Shown here piece by piece: positions 1-12,308 of a stretch of DNA of 64,000 nucleotides. Made by a program: the position numbers and the translations under genes. Source of the DNA: Octopus sinensis. Its lineage: Eukaryota. How positions within the stretch are numbered: position 1 is the stretch's first letter; the number at the start of each line of letters is the position of its first letter. The notes below the pieces were generated by a model. That model did no database searches. It had not been told where the DNA came from and saw only the letters and a program-made list of their open reading frames with translations. The stretch spans positions 136,896,001 through 136,960,000 of the forward strand of contig NC_042997.1 of assembly GCF_006345805.1 (NCBI RefSeq). Reading direction: 5' to 3'.

Positions 1-103
1 ATTTATTAACTATAATAAAATACTTCGTTCTTAAAATTAACTTTGTTTTTCTTGCTTTTTTAAAGCTTTACTCACTTCTTCATAGTTTTTATTTCTTATC
101 TAG

Positions 104-202
104 CGGATTATGCTGATGTAGTGTGTGCCATCTTGAAAACGGAAGAAATTTGATTATGCTCTCAACTGAAATGCAAACTACTTGTGGGTTTCTTTCTTCT
201 GG
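104..202 (+). other. Candidate spliced exon (probably non-coding/UTR), 99 nt
   Basis: Pyrimidine tract ttttatttcttatcTAG acceptor; donor GG|GTAAGC. No frame is open across the whole segment. Confidence 0.4.
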
Positions 203-358
203 GTAAGCGAACTCAAGTAGTTGACCCTATAAGTAACCACTTAATATTTAGTGTTGTTTACGTATAAGAATTAAATAAAATTTTGAAGTTTCTGCTCTTA
301 AGTTCTTAAAATAAAAATAACTTTCTTGGTTCCTTGCTGTTAAATTTTCTTTTCACAG

Positions 359-412
359 TTCAACGCTGAAATAGAAATTCTTGCCAGTTTGCTGCTTTGG
401 TTTTGCCATCAC
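359..412 (+). other. Candidate 54 nt exon
   Basis: Acceptor ttttcttttcaCAG; weak donor AC|GTAGGG; frame 0 reads FNAEIEILASLLLWFCHH. Confidence 0.25.
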
Positions 413-1334
413 GTAGGGAATAATATATACATATAAAGCAAAAAGGACGCTAAGGTTGGCTTTTCATTGCCTCATTATTACAATTAAAAAGAATTTTGAG
501 ATAACGTTAAATATATATTTGCAATAATTTATTCACTTGTAATAAAAAACCAAAAAAAAACAACCCCGCATTACTTTTTAATGCTTAGGATTAGCAAAGT
601 AGACCACCAAAATGATTATTTGCCACACTTTTATAACCTTTCTTTTCAGTTAATCACTGGACTAAATTCCTAATTATATACATCGTTTTGCCTGACCCAG
701 ATTCCTGCATACAGATATCTTACTGGATTTAAAAGGTTGGCTTTTCATTGCCTTTTCAGAAATTGACATTTAAAAACAAGATAATCCCCTTTGGTAAATT
801 AATTTTTCTACAGTTGATTGTTGCTAACTTGGTTAAGTCTATCCCAGCTACACAACTTTTAGTGCTGGTTTCGTTATTTTGTCTAGTTGAGGCATGTAGA
901 ATCATGCTGTTTCGTTTGTCGGGAACAGCAGAGAAGTTGAATACGTTTAAAATTATAATAAATTCGTTTTTATTTAAAATTGTTCAACTCTATTAATTGG
1001 TGTATACGTTTTTGTGTAAACATTGTTTCAGCTAGTAGCAATTTTCAAGTTGCTATCGCTTTGTAGTAAGAAGCCTTTGTGTTCCTAAAGGATCCTAAAG
1101 TCCGATATGGAGGTAATTATAAGATATTTTGTTTCTGAATCCCCATCTATAGCTTTTTTTTTCATGGCATTCATTCGTAAGTTTATTGTAAAATGTGAAG
1201 TAAATATAACCAGAAAAATTACCAAAAAAATTCGGTCCCCCTTTTTTTATTTGATCTTGAAAACAAGGCACTACTGTACATCGCGTGTATCATTTTACTA
1301 GAAACTTTGTTGATTCCATATCTGTGAGTTTAAA

Positions 1335-2170
1335 TTGACCCTGAAATGAAAATCTAAAAAAAAAAAAGAATTACTGGAATGGAAGTAAAACTGGAGGAAA
1401 CAAATATGAAAAAATGAGCGCAAAGCAACGGGAGGGTGGGACTTCAGAAAATTAACAAGATCCGAGCTTTTCCCTCAACTTTTAAGAAAATGGGCTTTTT
1501 TAATGAAATTTGTGGGGGAAAACGTTTCAGAGGGGGTGGGGAAAGGACTTCGGAAAATTAACAAGATTCGAGTTTTTCCCTCACAACTGTATGTGTTTAT
1601 ATATGTTTATATGTATGTATGTATCTATAGATAGACAGTAATAACGAGTGAATGAGAACGACGAAGGGTTAAAAAAAGCGTATAATTGAAAATGAAACAA
1701 AATCGAAGGCAAAACACTAAAAATTATTGAAATGGGGTAGAAATAGTACTACGCTAGGGTATCCGTAAAAAGTTGAATGTGATTTCGGAGTATAACAAGG
1801 TAAAACCATCAAGATTATTTTATAATCGTAATGGTACTTATATAAAATTTTAATTGTAAAAACACCAATTTCCTAAAAGTTACAAGGGATAAATTCGGAT
1901 TTTGTGAATTTTCCGAAGTCCTCTTCCTACCCCCCTGGAAAAGATTTTCCACACAAATTCCTTTATAATCGTAATGTATTCCGTTTGAAAGGTATTTCTA
2001 TAAAATTTCATTGAAAATCCCCATGTTCCTAAGAGTTACGTGGTAAAAACTCGGATCTTGTAAATTTTCCGAAGTCCTCTTCCCACCATCACATTTTTTC
2101 ATCTTCGTTTCCTACACATTGTTTTACACCCATTCCAGTATTTTTTGGGGGATTTTCATTTCCAGGTCAA
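1335..2170. mobile_element. Foldback / MITE-like non-autonomous element with long imperfect inverted arms
   Basis: Left end TTGACCCTGAAATGAAAATC mirrors right end GATTTTCATTTCCAGGTCAA. Each arm has two copies of a subrepeat (GGACTTCGGAAAATTAACAAGAT.CGAGTTTTT versus its reverse complement). No clear TSD seen. Confidence 0.7.
1591..1632. repeat. Degenerate (TATG/TA) microsatellite in the foldback spacer
   Basis: atgtgtttatatatgtttatatgtatgtatgtatctatagat. Confidence 0.5.
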
Positions 2171-2298
2171 GATGTAAATGGTTAACCTGTCATACAGCTT
2201 AAACTAAAAAAAAGAAATGTAAGTTGGGGGTTATCTTTAAAATTAAATTTTGACATACAGTGCAAGGTAGTTCTGTCAAACTGACACCGTTTTTATTT

Positions 2299-2553
2299 GG
2301 TCAATATATTTTCATTCGTGAACAGAAAAAAATAAAACCAGCCTGCTGGGTGTTAACATGTAGAAAACGAATATGAAAAAAATTTGCGCAAACGTTGGGG
2401 TTTGGGTGGGGAGGACTTTCGGAAAATTCACAAGATGATTTTTCCGTCATAACTTTCGGTTAAAGGGATGTTTTCTACATACTTGTTAACACCCAGTTGG
2501 CTGGTTTATTTATTTATTTTTTTTGTTCACGGGTGTAGATGTTTATATTGACC
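2299..2553. mobile_element. Small palindromic MITE-like element related to the 1335-2170 element
   Basis: Nested inverted blocks GGTCAATATA/TATATTGACC, CGTGAACA/TGTTCACG and AACCAGCC-TG-CTGGGTGTTAACA/TGTTAACACCCAG-TT-GGCTGGTT; the centre carries the same GGACTTTCGGAAAATTCACAAGAT subrepeat. Confidence 0.6.
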
Positions 2554-2692
2554 CATTTGGTGTGCTGGTGGAATCGCAGCTTTTGCAGGAAATATGGCAA
2601 TTTGCCTTTAAAACAAGTTTTTAGCAATTGAGACCCGAGAGAATGACGAGGTTGATAGGCTCCGGCTGGGGGAATTGAAATGCCAAAAAGGC

Positions 2693-2805
2693 ATTCTTTC
2701 GATATAGATATTTTGTCATTCCTTCCCAGCTGTTTTAATTTTACCAAACACACCATCAAAACAGCTGGGAAGGAATGACAGATAAAGTATCTATATCGAA
2801 AGAAT
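2693..2805. repeat. Near-perfect inverted repeat (hairpin)
   Basis: Perfect 23 bp arms 2714-2736/2758-2780 and perfect 18 bp outer arms 2693-2710/2788-2805. Confidence 0.85.
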
Positions 2806-3251
2806 AGGACCTTCTGGTTTTCCCCACTTCAGGGTCTATCTATCCGCTCAGTCGAAGTCGACTCTCAGTTACTCGTTGGATCAGTGTCCTCCAGTCAGTC
2901 CCATCCTGGGCCGCTTCTGGGTATTCACACATATTTCAGGAGATAAGTGTACAATAGTTAAATGTTGATACTCGCGGTGATATACAGTAATGACTGTGAA
3001 AGCTATTAGCATGTTTCTGAGACTATTTTTCAGGCATGTATTTTCTTTGAATCTATTTTAAAGTTTAGCGTGATAACTAGTTTTAGTTCCTATGGCAGAT
3101 TGCCGAGGTTTGTCTCGTCTCTGGCTTACATGAAATTTCAGTACTTGTTGCTTGACTGAAGTGGGAGTAAATCTTTGTAAACATCTTTTTGAATATCACG
3201 AAAGCACTAATACGTGTCTCTCAAAAAGAGCTTTCTGAATTTTTAAATTTG

Positions 3252-3494
3252 AAGCGCAAGTACTCTACTGATGACTACCTATTACCTAGATTCGCCTGTA
3301 AAATATAACGCGTGAAAACCAAATTGTGATATGATCTTGGAATGTTTTCACTTTAACAAACTTTTTTCCATTCAGTCACGTTAATATTTGGCAATTTTTT
3401 AATAACATTCACGTATAACAAGCCTAGTATACAATTTACACCCAACTGACAAAGCTAAATTTTTAATTCTTCAACTTGAATCGTACTTGCGCTT
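3252..3494. mobile_element. Possible MITE (12 bp terminal inverted repeats)
   Basis: AAGCGCAAGTAC (3252-3263) and GTACTTGCGCTT (3483-3494); no TSD recognised. Confidence 0.3.
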
Positions 3495-4079
3495 TTTATG
3501 GCATGTTGATAACACGATTAAGGATGAAGCCATAACATTACTTCATTCCGGCTTCCTCAGTTTTCTCGTGGCAAGGATATTGGGGTGGTTTGCCATTGCC
3601 TTCCCCTTTTTAATTACTGATAGAAATTTTTCGGGAAATTTGTGACAACTGTTAAGCACTGATTACGGGTTAACCAGTACATCTGAAAGAAAAACTGTCC
3701 TATTTACGTTCCCATTTAATATTGCTCAGAACTTATTTTTGGTAATTCTAAAAATTTTGCTTAAGTGATTGTTTTCCACAGATTGAACTTTTCCTCATTC
3801 TAAGTAATGAGACTTCTCGTAAATAAAGTAAGTTGGGATAATACACATAGAAATTTTAAGGATTTTTTTTTTCTAAAACTTTAAAAAAATACTTAGAACA
3901 ACTTTTTGTAACTAACACTCTCATCTACATGAAAGCAAGCAACAATGAGTGTAGTTGTGTATTCAAATCTTGATTCTTCTGTTTCCAATTGTCTTACGTG
4001 AGTTTTAATCTTGGAAATTTTTGTTTGAACTGTCATGTTCAAATGTCGGGCAGCACTATTCTCTCCCAGGACCCTATGA

Positions 4080-4412
4080 AAGTGTATTCTCCAAGGCGAA
4101 AAGTGGGTGTTATTACAAATGATATCTAATTGTTCAACTCCAACGCAAGAAGGCTCATCCTCATCGCAAATAATAGATGTAAATCTGTATTGTAATATCG
4201 ATGTCACCTCCCAAAATGAAGGGGAGGTAAATGTGATAAACTTCGGTGATTTCTGCCACTTCAATTTTTCTTATCAAACTATGATGGTTATGTCTGTGTG
4301 AACCAATGTCGGGGCCTCTGATTTGACATTCGTTCGGCAATCAGAGGTACATCAAAACATTGCTTACCATACTGTTAGTATAGCTTACAGGTGTGTTAAA
4401 TCTAATGTTAAG
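4080..4412 (+). pseudogene. Possible degenerate coding exon (111 codons with one internal stop) ending at a phase-0 donor
   Basis: The frame of track ORF 4107-4301 continues past TGA 4299-4301 to AAG|GTAAAG at 4412; an antisense ORF (3893-4264) overlaps. No protein family recognised. Confidence 0.2.
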
Positions 4413-5197
4413 GTAAAGTAAGATGTGAAACGGGCAGTAATAACAAAGTCGGAAGAAAAATGGAAGTCAATATTTAAATTTATATGTATAGAATAAAATT
4501 AGATGTTAAATTTCGATTACTGATTCTAAAATTCTTGTATCTTCGTACTGACAGGGTGAGAAATTGCTAGTTCTGTATTGCATTTTTTTTAGCTAACCAT
4601 ATCTGATCGAACGGGCACCTGACATCATTGTCTTAAAAATGGGCAGTTCCCTTTTGTCGTTATTTCTGATTTTGTTTTTGTTTTTGTTTCACTTCAGCAT
4701 TTTTCTTCTCTTTTCTAAGATAAGATTTAATCCAAAGGAACATTTGTGGTATTAACTTGAAGTGTAGCAATAAAAAAAGTGATGAACAGCAAATAAAAGG
4801 CAATCTTGGTAATTTACAACCTTACATCACTTTCAAATTTTTGTTTGTGATGAGGATATGAAAGCCTAATTATATTGATGTATTTGAATAATTATCTGAC
4901 ATTCATTTGTAATGACACACTGATGTCTTGATGAGGTAAACACTTTCAGTGGGTTTTGAGAACCTAATCCTGACTTAAAATCTATTTTGTATTTTCATTT
5001 TTTTTGCAAATGAAGCTTTCTACCACAATGAACATAAATCACACTTGAAACCTTGAGATACAAGGTTTTAAAATTAAGACTTAATGACTTGTGCATACAC
5101 AGTGATATTACATAATTCTGTTCTGGATTTGCAACTGTTTGGGAAGGGTGTTCATGCATGGGTTGGATAACATTTTCCTAACTCAATACCTCTTCAG

Positions 5198-5260
5198 GTA
5201 GAAGGCTTACTGAATATTGACTCGACTATGAAAAATATGCTGTTCTCTGGACCAGTAACG
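5198..5260 (+). other. Candidate 63 nt exon (phase 0-0)
   Basis: Acceptor tacctcttCAG, strong donor ACG|GTAAGT; only frame 0 is open (VEGLLNIDSTMKNMLFSGPVT). Confidence 0.45.
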
Positions 5261-5882
5261 GTAAGTATTAGTGTTTGACCTGTGGCACCTAAAAGATTAC
5301 ATATTAGAATTGAGTGTAGCAAAGTAGTTTCACATCCTTGTGATGTCTTGGATGAGCATGATTGACTTGTGATGAATGGTTGTATTGAGTTGGATGTGAT
5401 TGATTATATGAGGATTTAGCTAGTAGGTCAGATCTTTATATTGTGGCTATTATACTTAATCATTGGGCTGCCTTAATATTAGGACACTGCCTTCATTGTT
5501 TTATTCATTATACAGACACCATTGCTTTGATAATTCAATGCAAGGAAATATGCATCCCCTTGGGTGTAATAAGATATTACTAGAGAAATTTTTACAGCAC
5601 ACTAATACACACAAACTGATTGCTCCAAGTGTCATGTAAGAATTGGGTAGGAGTGAAATTGAACCTGGAACTATGTAATTTTGAAGAGGACTCACACCAC
5701 AGTTACACCTGCACCCATGTTTTATTTGTAATTATCACTCAAATGATATGACACTAATACCAATGGGGTGGGGTAACTATCTGCTCAAGTTTTTCTTTCA
5801 GCTTTTTCTTTTTTTTTTATAATTTCAAAAATGTCATCTTTATTGAAGGACCAAACCCTAAAGAGCAAATTATGCTCTTCAG

Positions 5883-5927
5883 TGATCTTCACATTTCATC
5901 AAGTGACACATCAAAAGCTTACATAAG
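5883..5927 (+). other. Candidate 45 nt exon (phase 2-2)
   Basis: Acceptor atgctcttCAG, donor AAG|GTAAAA; open frame DLHISSSDTSKAYI. Confidence 0.3.
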
Positions 5928-7603
5928 GTAAAAACTGGAATTGAACTTCTTTTTTGCTGAAACGCGTGAAATTAGACTTGTTGGTCAATCTCACATTTAC
6001 ACATTTTAGAAACTTCAGGAATTGCAATTTAGAGATGAGCAGGATATTTATTATAGGGCAAGTTTGCTTTAGGTTTGAAGATGCTACCATTAGTAACCTA
6101 AGTTTTTATATTTGTTTACCTTATATTGTATTTTCACATCACTTGAACCTATATATTTCTCCAATTTATGTCAGGTGCATTGATCTAGAAATCTGTAGCT
6201 AAGCACTGAAATGTATCAATTTTGAAGAGTATTGGTAAACAATTTTTACTTTCAGCCAAAACATTTAAAATATTGGAATTATTTTTAGGATTTAGTGTAA
6301 TTACATTGTTTATACTATTACTTAATACACTGCAAAGGATATATTACAAAACTAATTTGACAAACTGAAGCTCTTAGATAATCGCAATTTTGAATTGGCA
6401 CATTAATAATTTGGAATATACCAATTTCTCATATGAAATTTTTTAAAACACTAAGTGTTAAGATTCTTAGCTCATCAAATGCAATTCACCTGTGAAAAAA
6501 GAAAATGGTTTGCTATAAACCTTACTCTACATTTAAACATTGCAAGCAATTTAGTTGGAGCAGAGTTGAAGTTTCTGACATTAGTCTTTACTCAATAGAT
6601 TGATACGACATTAAAATTGTTCCTAAATATTTATTGGTTTAATAGTCATCCATACTATGATAATCTGAACAGGTTTTCAAGTATACCTCTAAATACATTT
6701 GATGCAAAATCTATAGCTATGCACTTTACATATTCAAGTCCACTCTGCATTTGGTAGCTGGATTTTCAGAGGAATCTTCCCGACCATTCCTGTATTATGT
6801 CAATAGTCTTGAGTCCCTTTATTTCATGAATTAAAAACGAAAGATTTAGTTATTTTAGGTAACTAATACAAAAACAATTAGGCTGAAGCTGAAATTAGAT
6901 TAAACCTGTTGAATTTTTTATGTACATCTTTGAATTTGATATAAGTAAAGAAAATTAACTTTTTAAGTGAGGATGTCTCTCAGCTGGAACTCTAAATTTT
7001 ATAGTTTAAATATTTACAATGATACTGCATTTTCTTTCCCTTAAAAAAAAAATACAGTTCAGTATATTCTAGATGTTATTGCATAATATGATTTCATTGC
7101 ATTTGAGGTTTGGATTCTTTGGCTAAGAGAAATGGTTTCCCTGGATCAACCCCAAAATTTGACGAAGGTAGGACTCTTGCCTTTTTAATTGGCATTGTCT
7201 TGCATAATTATATTCTTATTGTTCCTTAAATTCACTACAAGAGAAAATGATCTTTTGAATTGATAATGGTTTGATATTCATCTTAAATTGGATGCTATTT
7301 GATAGATGGAAGTAACATTTGTAATGATTGACATGTAAGTGCTGAACAAAAAAAAATTCTCGTGTGTTATATGCACACCCAGTAAGTTTTAAACAGGAAA
7401 GATAAATAGCTATAAAATGTAAATGGTTTTGCATTTCAATATAATTTTATTACAGTTGAGTCTTTATGTTGAACATTCTATATCTAAATTATATATAGCA
7501 TGGTGTTTTCTACTCTTGGCTACCTTTTTTTCCTCCTCCTTTTTGATCATGTTTCTACATTCTTGATTTTCTGCAACTACTACAATGTGATATGTAGAAT
7601 ATA

Positions 7604-8104
7604 TTGGGTTGTCCAGAAAGTTTGTGCCGATTTATAGTAGCTTACATTTTGACTTATTTTAGAACATGGTTGAGTCCATAAAATAGGATTTGACTACACC
7701 TCCATTTAGAGCACAGTTTAAGCTATCTTTTTGTGGTTATGTTCCTATAACCCTTTAAAATGGATGATAAGAAAGTTCATTTTTGACACTTGATGCTTCG
7801 GGAACCAGACAAAAATTGCTGCAGCACATCTGGGATGTGTTACCCCACCCTCCATATTCACCAGATATTGCTCCTTCGGATTTCCACTTATTCAGGTCTC
7901 TGCAGAATAGATAAAATGGTAAAAATTTCAATTTCTTGGATGACGTAAAAAGATACCTTGATGAATTCTTTGCCATGAAACCACCTCAGTTCTGGAAAGA
8001 GGGTATTTTCAAGTTAATGGAAAGCTGGAGACGTATTGTGCAACAAAATGGTTCATATTTGGTTGATTAAAAATGTAATGGCACGAACTTTCCGGACAAC
8101 CCAA
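7604..8104 (+). mobile_element. Internally deleted mariner (Tc1/mariner) transposon, 501 bp
   Basis: TIRs TTGGGTTGTCCAGAAAGTTTGTGCC / GGCACGAACTTTCCGGACAACCCAA flanked by TA on both sides; carries a transposase C-terminal remnant. Confidence 0.93.
7804..8070 (+). pseudogene. Mariner transposase C-terminal fragment
   Basis: Manual translation TRQKLLQHIWDVLPHPPYSPDIAPSDFHLFRSLQNR*NGKNF...IVQQNGSYLVD*, containing the mariner YSPD(L/I)AP motif and one in-frame stop. Confidence 0.92.
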
Positions 8105-10376
8105 TATAGTATCTGTGATACTGATTATGTGCAAAGAAGTTCACTACACAGTGAATATACCTGGTAAATAGAGCTTACAGAAACTGAATTTTTAATTCGA
8201 CCAGAATGCAATATATCTTTTCAAGTCCTGAAACTTAGATATAGCATAATGGTATCTGTGATACAGAACATATTCTAATGATTACTACAGCTGTTAATAT
8301 ATGCAATAGAAATTTGATCTATTATTTCACAGTAAATTAAACCTAAGGAACTAGCAAGTTAAAATAATGCTCTGGTAATGGTACAGCAAAGAAAGTCTGT
8401 AGGGGATACTGGATACTAGTTTCAGAAGTTGACCAGAATGCAATCAATATGCATAGTTTGCATGTCATACAAACAAGGTACAAATATTTCAAGGCTTTCT
8501 TTTTATTCCCATTTTGAGTCGGTTAAAATCTGTGGAATATTTTGATAATGTATTTTTAGATACTGAATGGTGTGATGAAATAATTTGGTTTCTTCATACT
8601 AACTTGGAGAAAACTGGATAAAATTTTATTTCAGGTGAGCAAATAAACTTCATGGTAAATTGGTGAAAATCAAGTCAAGATGTTAGAAGATACATTGGAG
8701 CAAATCATTTCAGAATTTGAATTGGAAACAAAATATTATTTTAGTCGAGCATTGAGAAATTTGGATGAATTTTGCTCAGGTACATTGTCTAATCTCAATT
8801 ACTCATACTGCTCTGCTGCACACCCCACATCAGTGTGATTAATAAGATCTAGCAGGCTTCAACCACCATCTCAGTTGTGTTTCTGCTTGACGAGTTAACT
8901 GATCCCATTGTTTTTAACTGACATCACACTGAACATGTTATAGCTTCCCCCACTCAATGCTTTTCCTAAAAACATCAACAAAAAGTGTTCAGAACAAACA
9001 TCAATTGCAGTCTGGATTAGATGAGAAGGTAATGATGAACAGTGTTCTTCCTAAAATATTTAAAAAAAAAAAAAAAATCCTGATAGTAATTTGTATCAGA
9101 TGAAGAGCTGCCCCATAATTCTTAGTGTTTCAAACTAACTTATCCAATTTCTGCAATACATTTTGTAAAAGCCATGTCCATTTTAAAATATTTAAGATCT
9201 TTAATGGTTACTTGAGAATGTTCGAATGCTTGCTTAATGAGTTTTCAAAATCTGCAAGTTATAGATTTTCAAAATGGAACTATGCAGTGTAGTTCAGTAG
9301 GAATGGTTACTAAATAAAAAAAAGTATTGAATTTCCACCAGTTTTAGTAATGTATGCTGTTTACTAAAACATTTTGTGTGAAGTTCTTTACTGATGCATC
9401 ATGCCAGTAATCATTTAAAAAAACAAACAAAAGATGTTCTAAAATAGAGGAGCAGCACGAGAGAAAAATCTGAAGTAAACTAGTGAAGAGGTCGCACACA
9501 AAGAAGCCAGAAATATTACTTTCCTTGATATTGCATCGTACTAATTCATCAGTCTGAGTATATTCAGGACATTCAATATGTTCTGATATTTCTGTTACTA
9601 TAAAAATGTTAAACAATTTCATGAAAAGTTGAAATACCAGTTAACAAGACAGTTGGAAAAAATTCTACACTGTGTGAAAGCTTATTACCATTTAGTATAT
9701 TTGGGATTAAATTCAAAGTTGTTTGCTTTTATTTGTACTTTGGCAGTGGAGATGAACATTGAATTGAAGTAAAGAGCCTGTCTACCTATCAGATAAGATG
9801 TTAATTCATTTGTTGTTAATCTCTCTGCATTGAGTAAGTCATTCTTTATACAAATATGGTGTTATCAGCACAAAGACAATTTTATGCCAACTAATGGCGA
9901 ATGCATTTGTTTCTCCAGACCTTTGGGTAGGTATAATGGAAAATGTTTTGGGACAATGAATGAAGTTGAAATTGACAAGCAGGGAAATTCAGCTTTTATA
10001 GAACACTTTTGCTTTCTCTTTTCATAATATGGAGATGTATATGTGAATGAAAATTGTTCTCATAAAATAATTTGGTGATATTTGTTATTGCTGAATGGTT
10101 ACAAAGTTTATTTTGCATCCATTCTGCATTCTATGCCAGTGTGTGCTTGTTTAAAATTTTGCAAGCGAAATGGCTGCTTGGTGCTATGAAAGAAAGAACA
10201 CATTATACTCGATAAAGTATCCTAGAGCAAACATTTCAGCATGTTATAGTCCTTTGATCTGTCAGCTCCTATCAAACGATACAACTCATGGCCAGCTTGA
10301 ATGTTGGATGTTTCTAAGTAAATGTGATTTGTGTACATGATGGGCATGTTTGTGTTAGTTTATCATTCATTGGCAG

Positions 10377-10407
10377 ATACAATGAGAAGGCCAGTTTCAC
10401 GTCTCAG
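10377..10407 (+). other. Candidate 31 nt exon
   Basis: Acceptor ttcattggCAG (same context as cassette exons at 11756, 11946 and 55047), donor CAG|GTAAGC. Confidence 0.4.
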
Positions 10408-11531
10408 GTAAGCAGGCTTCATCTTCCAGATAAAACATTTTACTTAAGAATGGTTTGCAACAGTAATAGAATTCACCTTAGTTTTGTGTAAGAACCAAAT
10501 GTTCAGTTTTGTAAAAATAGCATTGTGGGTCTATAGTGGCTGCAGGGACAGTTACCTATAGACCAGTAGTAAAGAAGCATTTAGGGATTTAGTTGCTATT
10601 TTTAGTGTATTTCTCAAAGATATTCACAGGTTGGGGTATGGTCTAAATAACTCGTATTTGTCAATACAAGTTGAATGCTTTCCTCACATAGTTTTGCAGT
10701 ACAGTTAACATCAGTGTGAAGAGGATAGTATAATACCTGAAATACGACTAGGTAGATGGCAAATATGGACTGTTGAATAATGAAAATAAATACAGTAAGA
10801 CTTCACAATATAGCATGTAGATTTTTCATAAATATGTTTGTTTCACAATATGTAGTGATAACAGCATTTTCAGACAGAAACTAGATGGAGGCAATAAAGC
10901 ATTCAAGGAAAATTAATAATGTAGCAGTATAGGAATAGATATGAAATGTTTTTATCATGCTGAAACTTTACAAGGTTCTATATGTATTAATATAGAATGT
11001 TAGTGAAGTTGAATTGATATTACAAATCAGTTGTTGGTAATTTGTAGAGCTGAAAGTTGCCTGTTTATTCTGTTTTTGTTTTTCTTTTGAGTGCTTTACT
11101 TGCAGTGAAAAAAGCTAAAGCGAATATAGTACATTAGGTAACAAGGTTGGTTTGTTTGATACAATAGTCTGCATTGTTTAGAGCAACATGCTTTCTATAT
11201 ATGGCACACAATGTTTAGGTAAACAAGACAAGTTTGGATTCGGAGAGACTGAAGCAATGGAATTTTCACCGGTAGGAACGTATGTTTGCGTTTTCATTCA
11301 ATTTCAAAGCCACATTAATATGTATCAATAGAAGTAAATGTTAAATAAAAGCAAAAGGCTTCCTTTTTATTAAGCAAAAATGGTATTGTTTAGCAGTTTT
11401 ACTGTTAGCATGTTTCTCAGTTTCCATCTTAGGCAGATAAAACAATGACCGAAAGATCCTACATAGTCACATTCAGATAAGAGAACTTTTTGTCATTTGT
11501 GTTTCGAAAAATGCTGTTTGTTTCTTACAAG

Positions 11532-11606
11532 ATATTTAGGTGATGAAATTGGAAAGCGTCTTGATGTGTATGTAAGATTGAAGATAACAGCAATGAAATT
11601 CAACTG
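11532..11606 (+). other. 75 nt exon-like segment (family also at 54817-54891, 57115-57189, 59405-59479, 61246-61320; truncated at 62447-62502)
   Basis: Each copy is bounded by AG|ATA and G|GTAGGT; full copies are exactly 75 nt and open only in phase 2 (Y(L/S)(G/D)(D/N)E(I/F)GK...K I..M(K/R/Q)F). Confidence 0.45.
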
Positions 11607-12286
11607 GTAGGTCATTGTTCATGCATATTTCACTAAAGAAAATATTTCATCCGGTCTGTGTGTGGTGAAACTGAGTGTAAGAATTAAGTTGTTTCACTGT
11701 AAAAGAAATGACGTTGTTCTGTGCATGCACGTGTTTGTATATTTGTCATTGGCAGATGTGATGACATGAAGAGGTTATCACAAGATAACATCACCAAGAT
11801 AAGACGTGTTACATCATGCGATTTACAAGGTAGGGAATTGTTTCAGCACATGATGGTAAAGAAAATAGCATTTTAACACTTCTGTGTAGGAGTAAAGTAT
11901 GGATGTAAGAATTGTTTCTTGTTTATATGTTTCTGTCGTTGGCAGATGGGATGACAACAAGAGGACTGGATAGACAACAGCACAAAGATAAGCATTATTC
12001 AATTCTGTTTAGTGTGATTGAATTGGTTTAGTGGTTTTTATGTAGATATTTGGAGGAGGATTGTGCTAAATGTAAAGTTTAAACTTGATTATTTGGTAAG
12101 CATGGAAAATGCTGGAGATGAGTAATTGCATAGAGAGTTGATGATATTTAGTGTTGGTTGCAAACATTTCTCTTCATAGGTTTTGGAATTGTTGAAAAAT
12201 GCTTTGTAAGTGCTTTCAGTTAAGAGTGATTGGAGAAATTTAGGGCCAAACCGTTTGTTTTTTTTATGCATGTTATTCTTCGACAG

Positions 12287-12308
12287 ATGCAAAAGCCCTC
12301 CATGAAAA
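12287..12308 (+). other. 21-22 nt exon-like segment (also 55404-55425, 57699-57720, 59990-60011, 61552-61572, 62552-62573)
   Basis: ttctttgaCAG|ATGCAAAAGCyyTmCAGGAAAA|GTAGGA; recognisably similar to the array microexon TGAAAAAAAGCTTAAGCTAGCAAA|GTAC. Confidence 0.4.

Noticed and set aside
748-996. 82 aa ORF with a hydrophobic stretch
   Set aside because: Non-ATG start, no recognised family and no clear donor; chance ORF.
4780-4980. Several TGATGA...CTGA pairs in the upstream intron-like region
   Set aside because: No terminal stems or recognisable guides; such motifs are frequent in AT-rich DNA.
9100-9660. Possible transposase remnant (interrupted + frames; track ORF 9344-9622 on minus)
   Set aside because: No motif, TIR or TSD could be recognised.
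11219-12010. Continuous ORF assembled from the cassette exons of the diverged copy
   Set aside because: The 11532-11606 to 11756 junction creates TG|A (stop), 11106-11137 has stops in all frames, and the younger copies have stops in the GATGACATGAAG segments.
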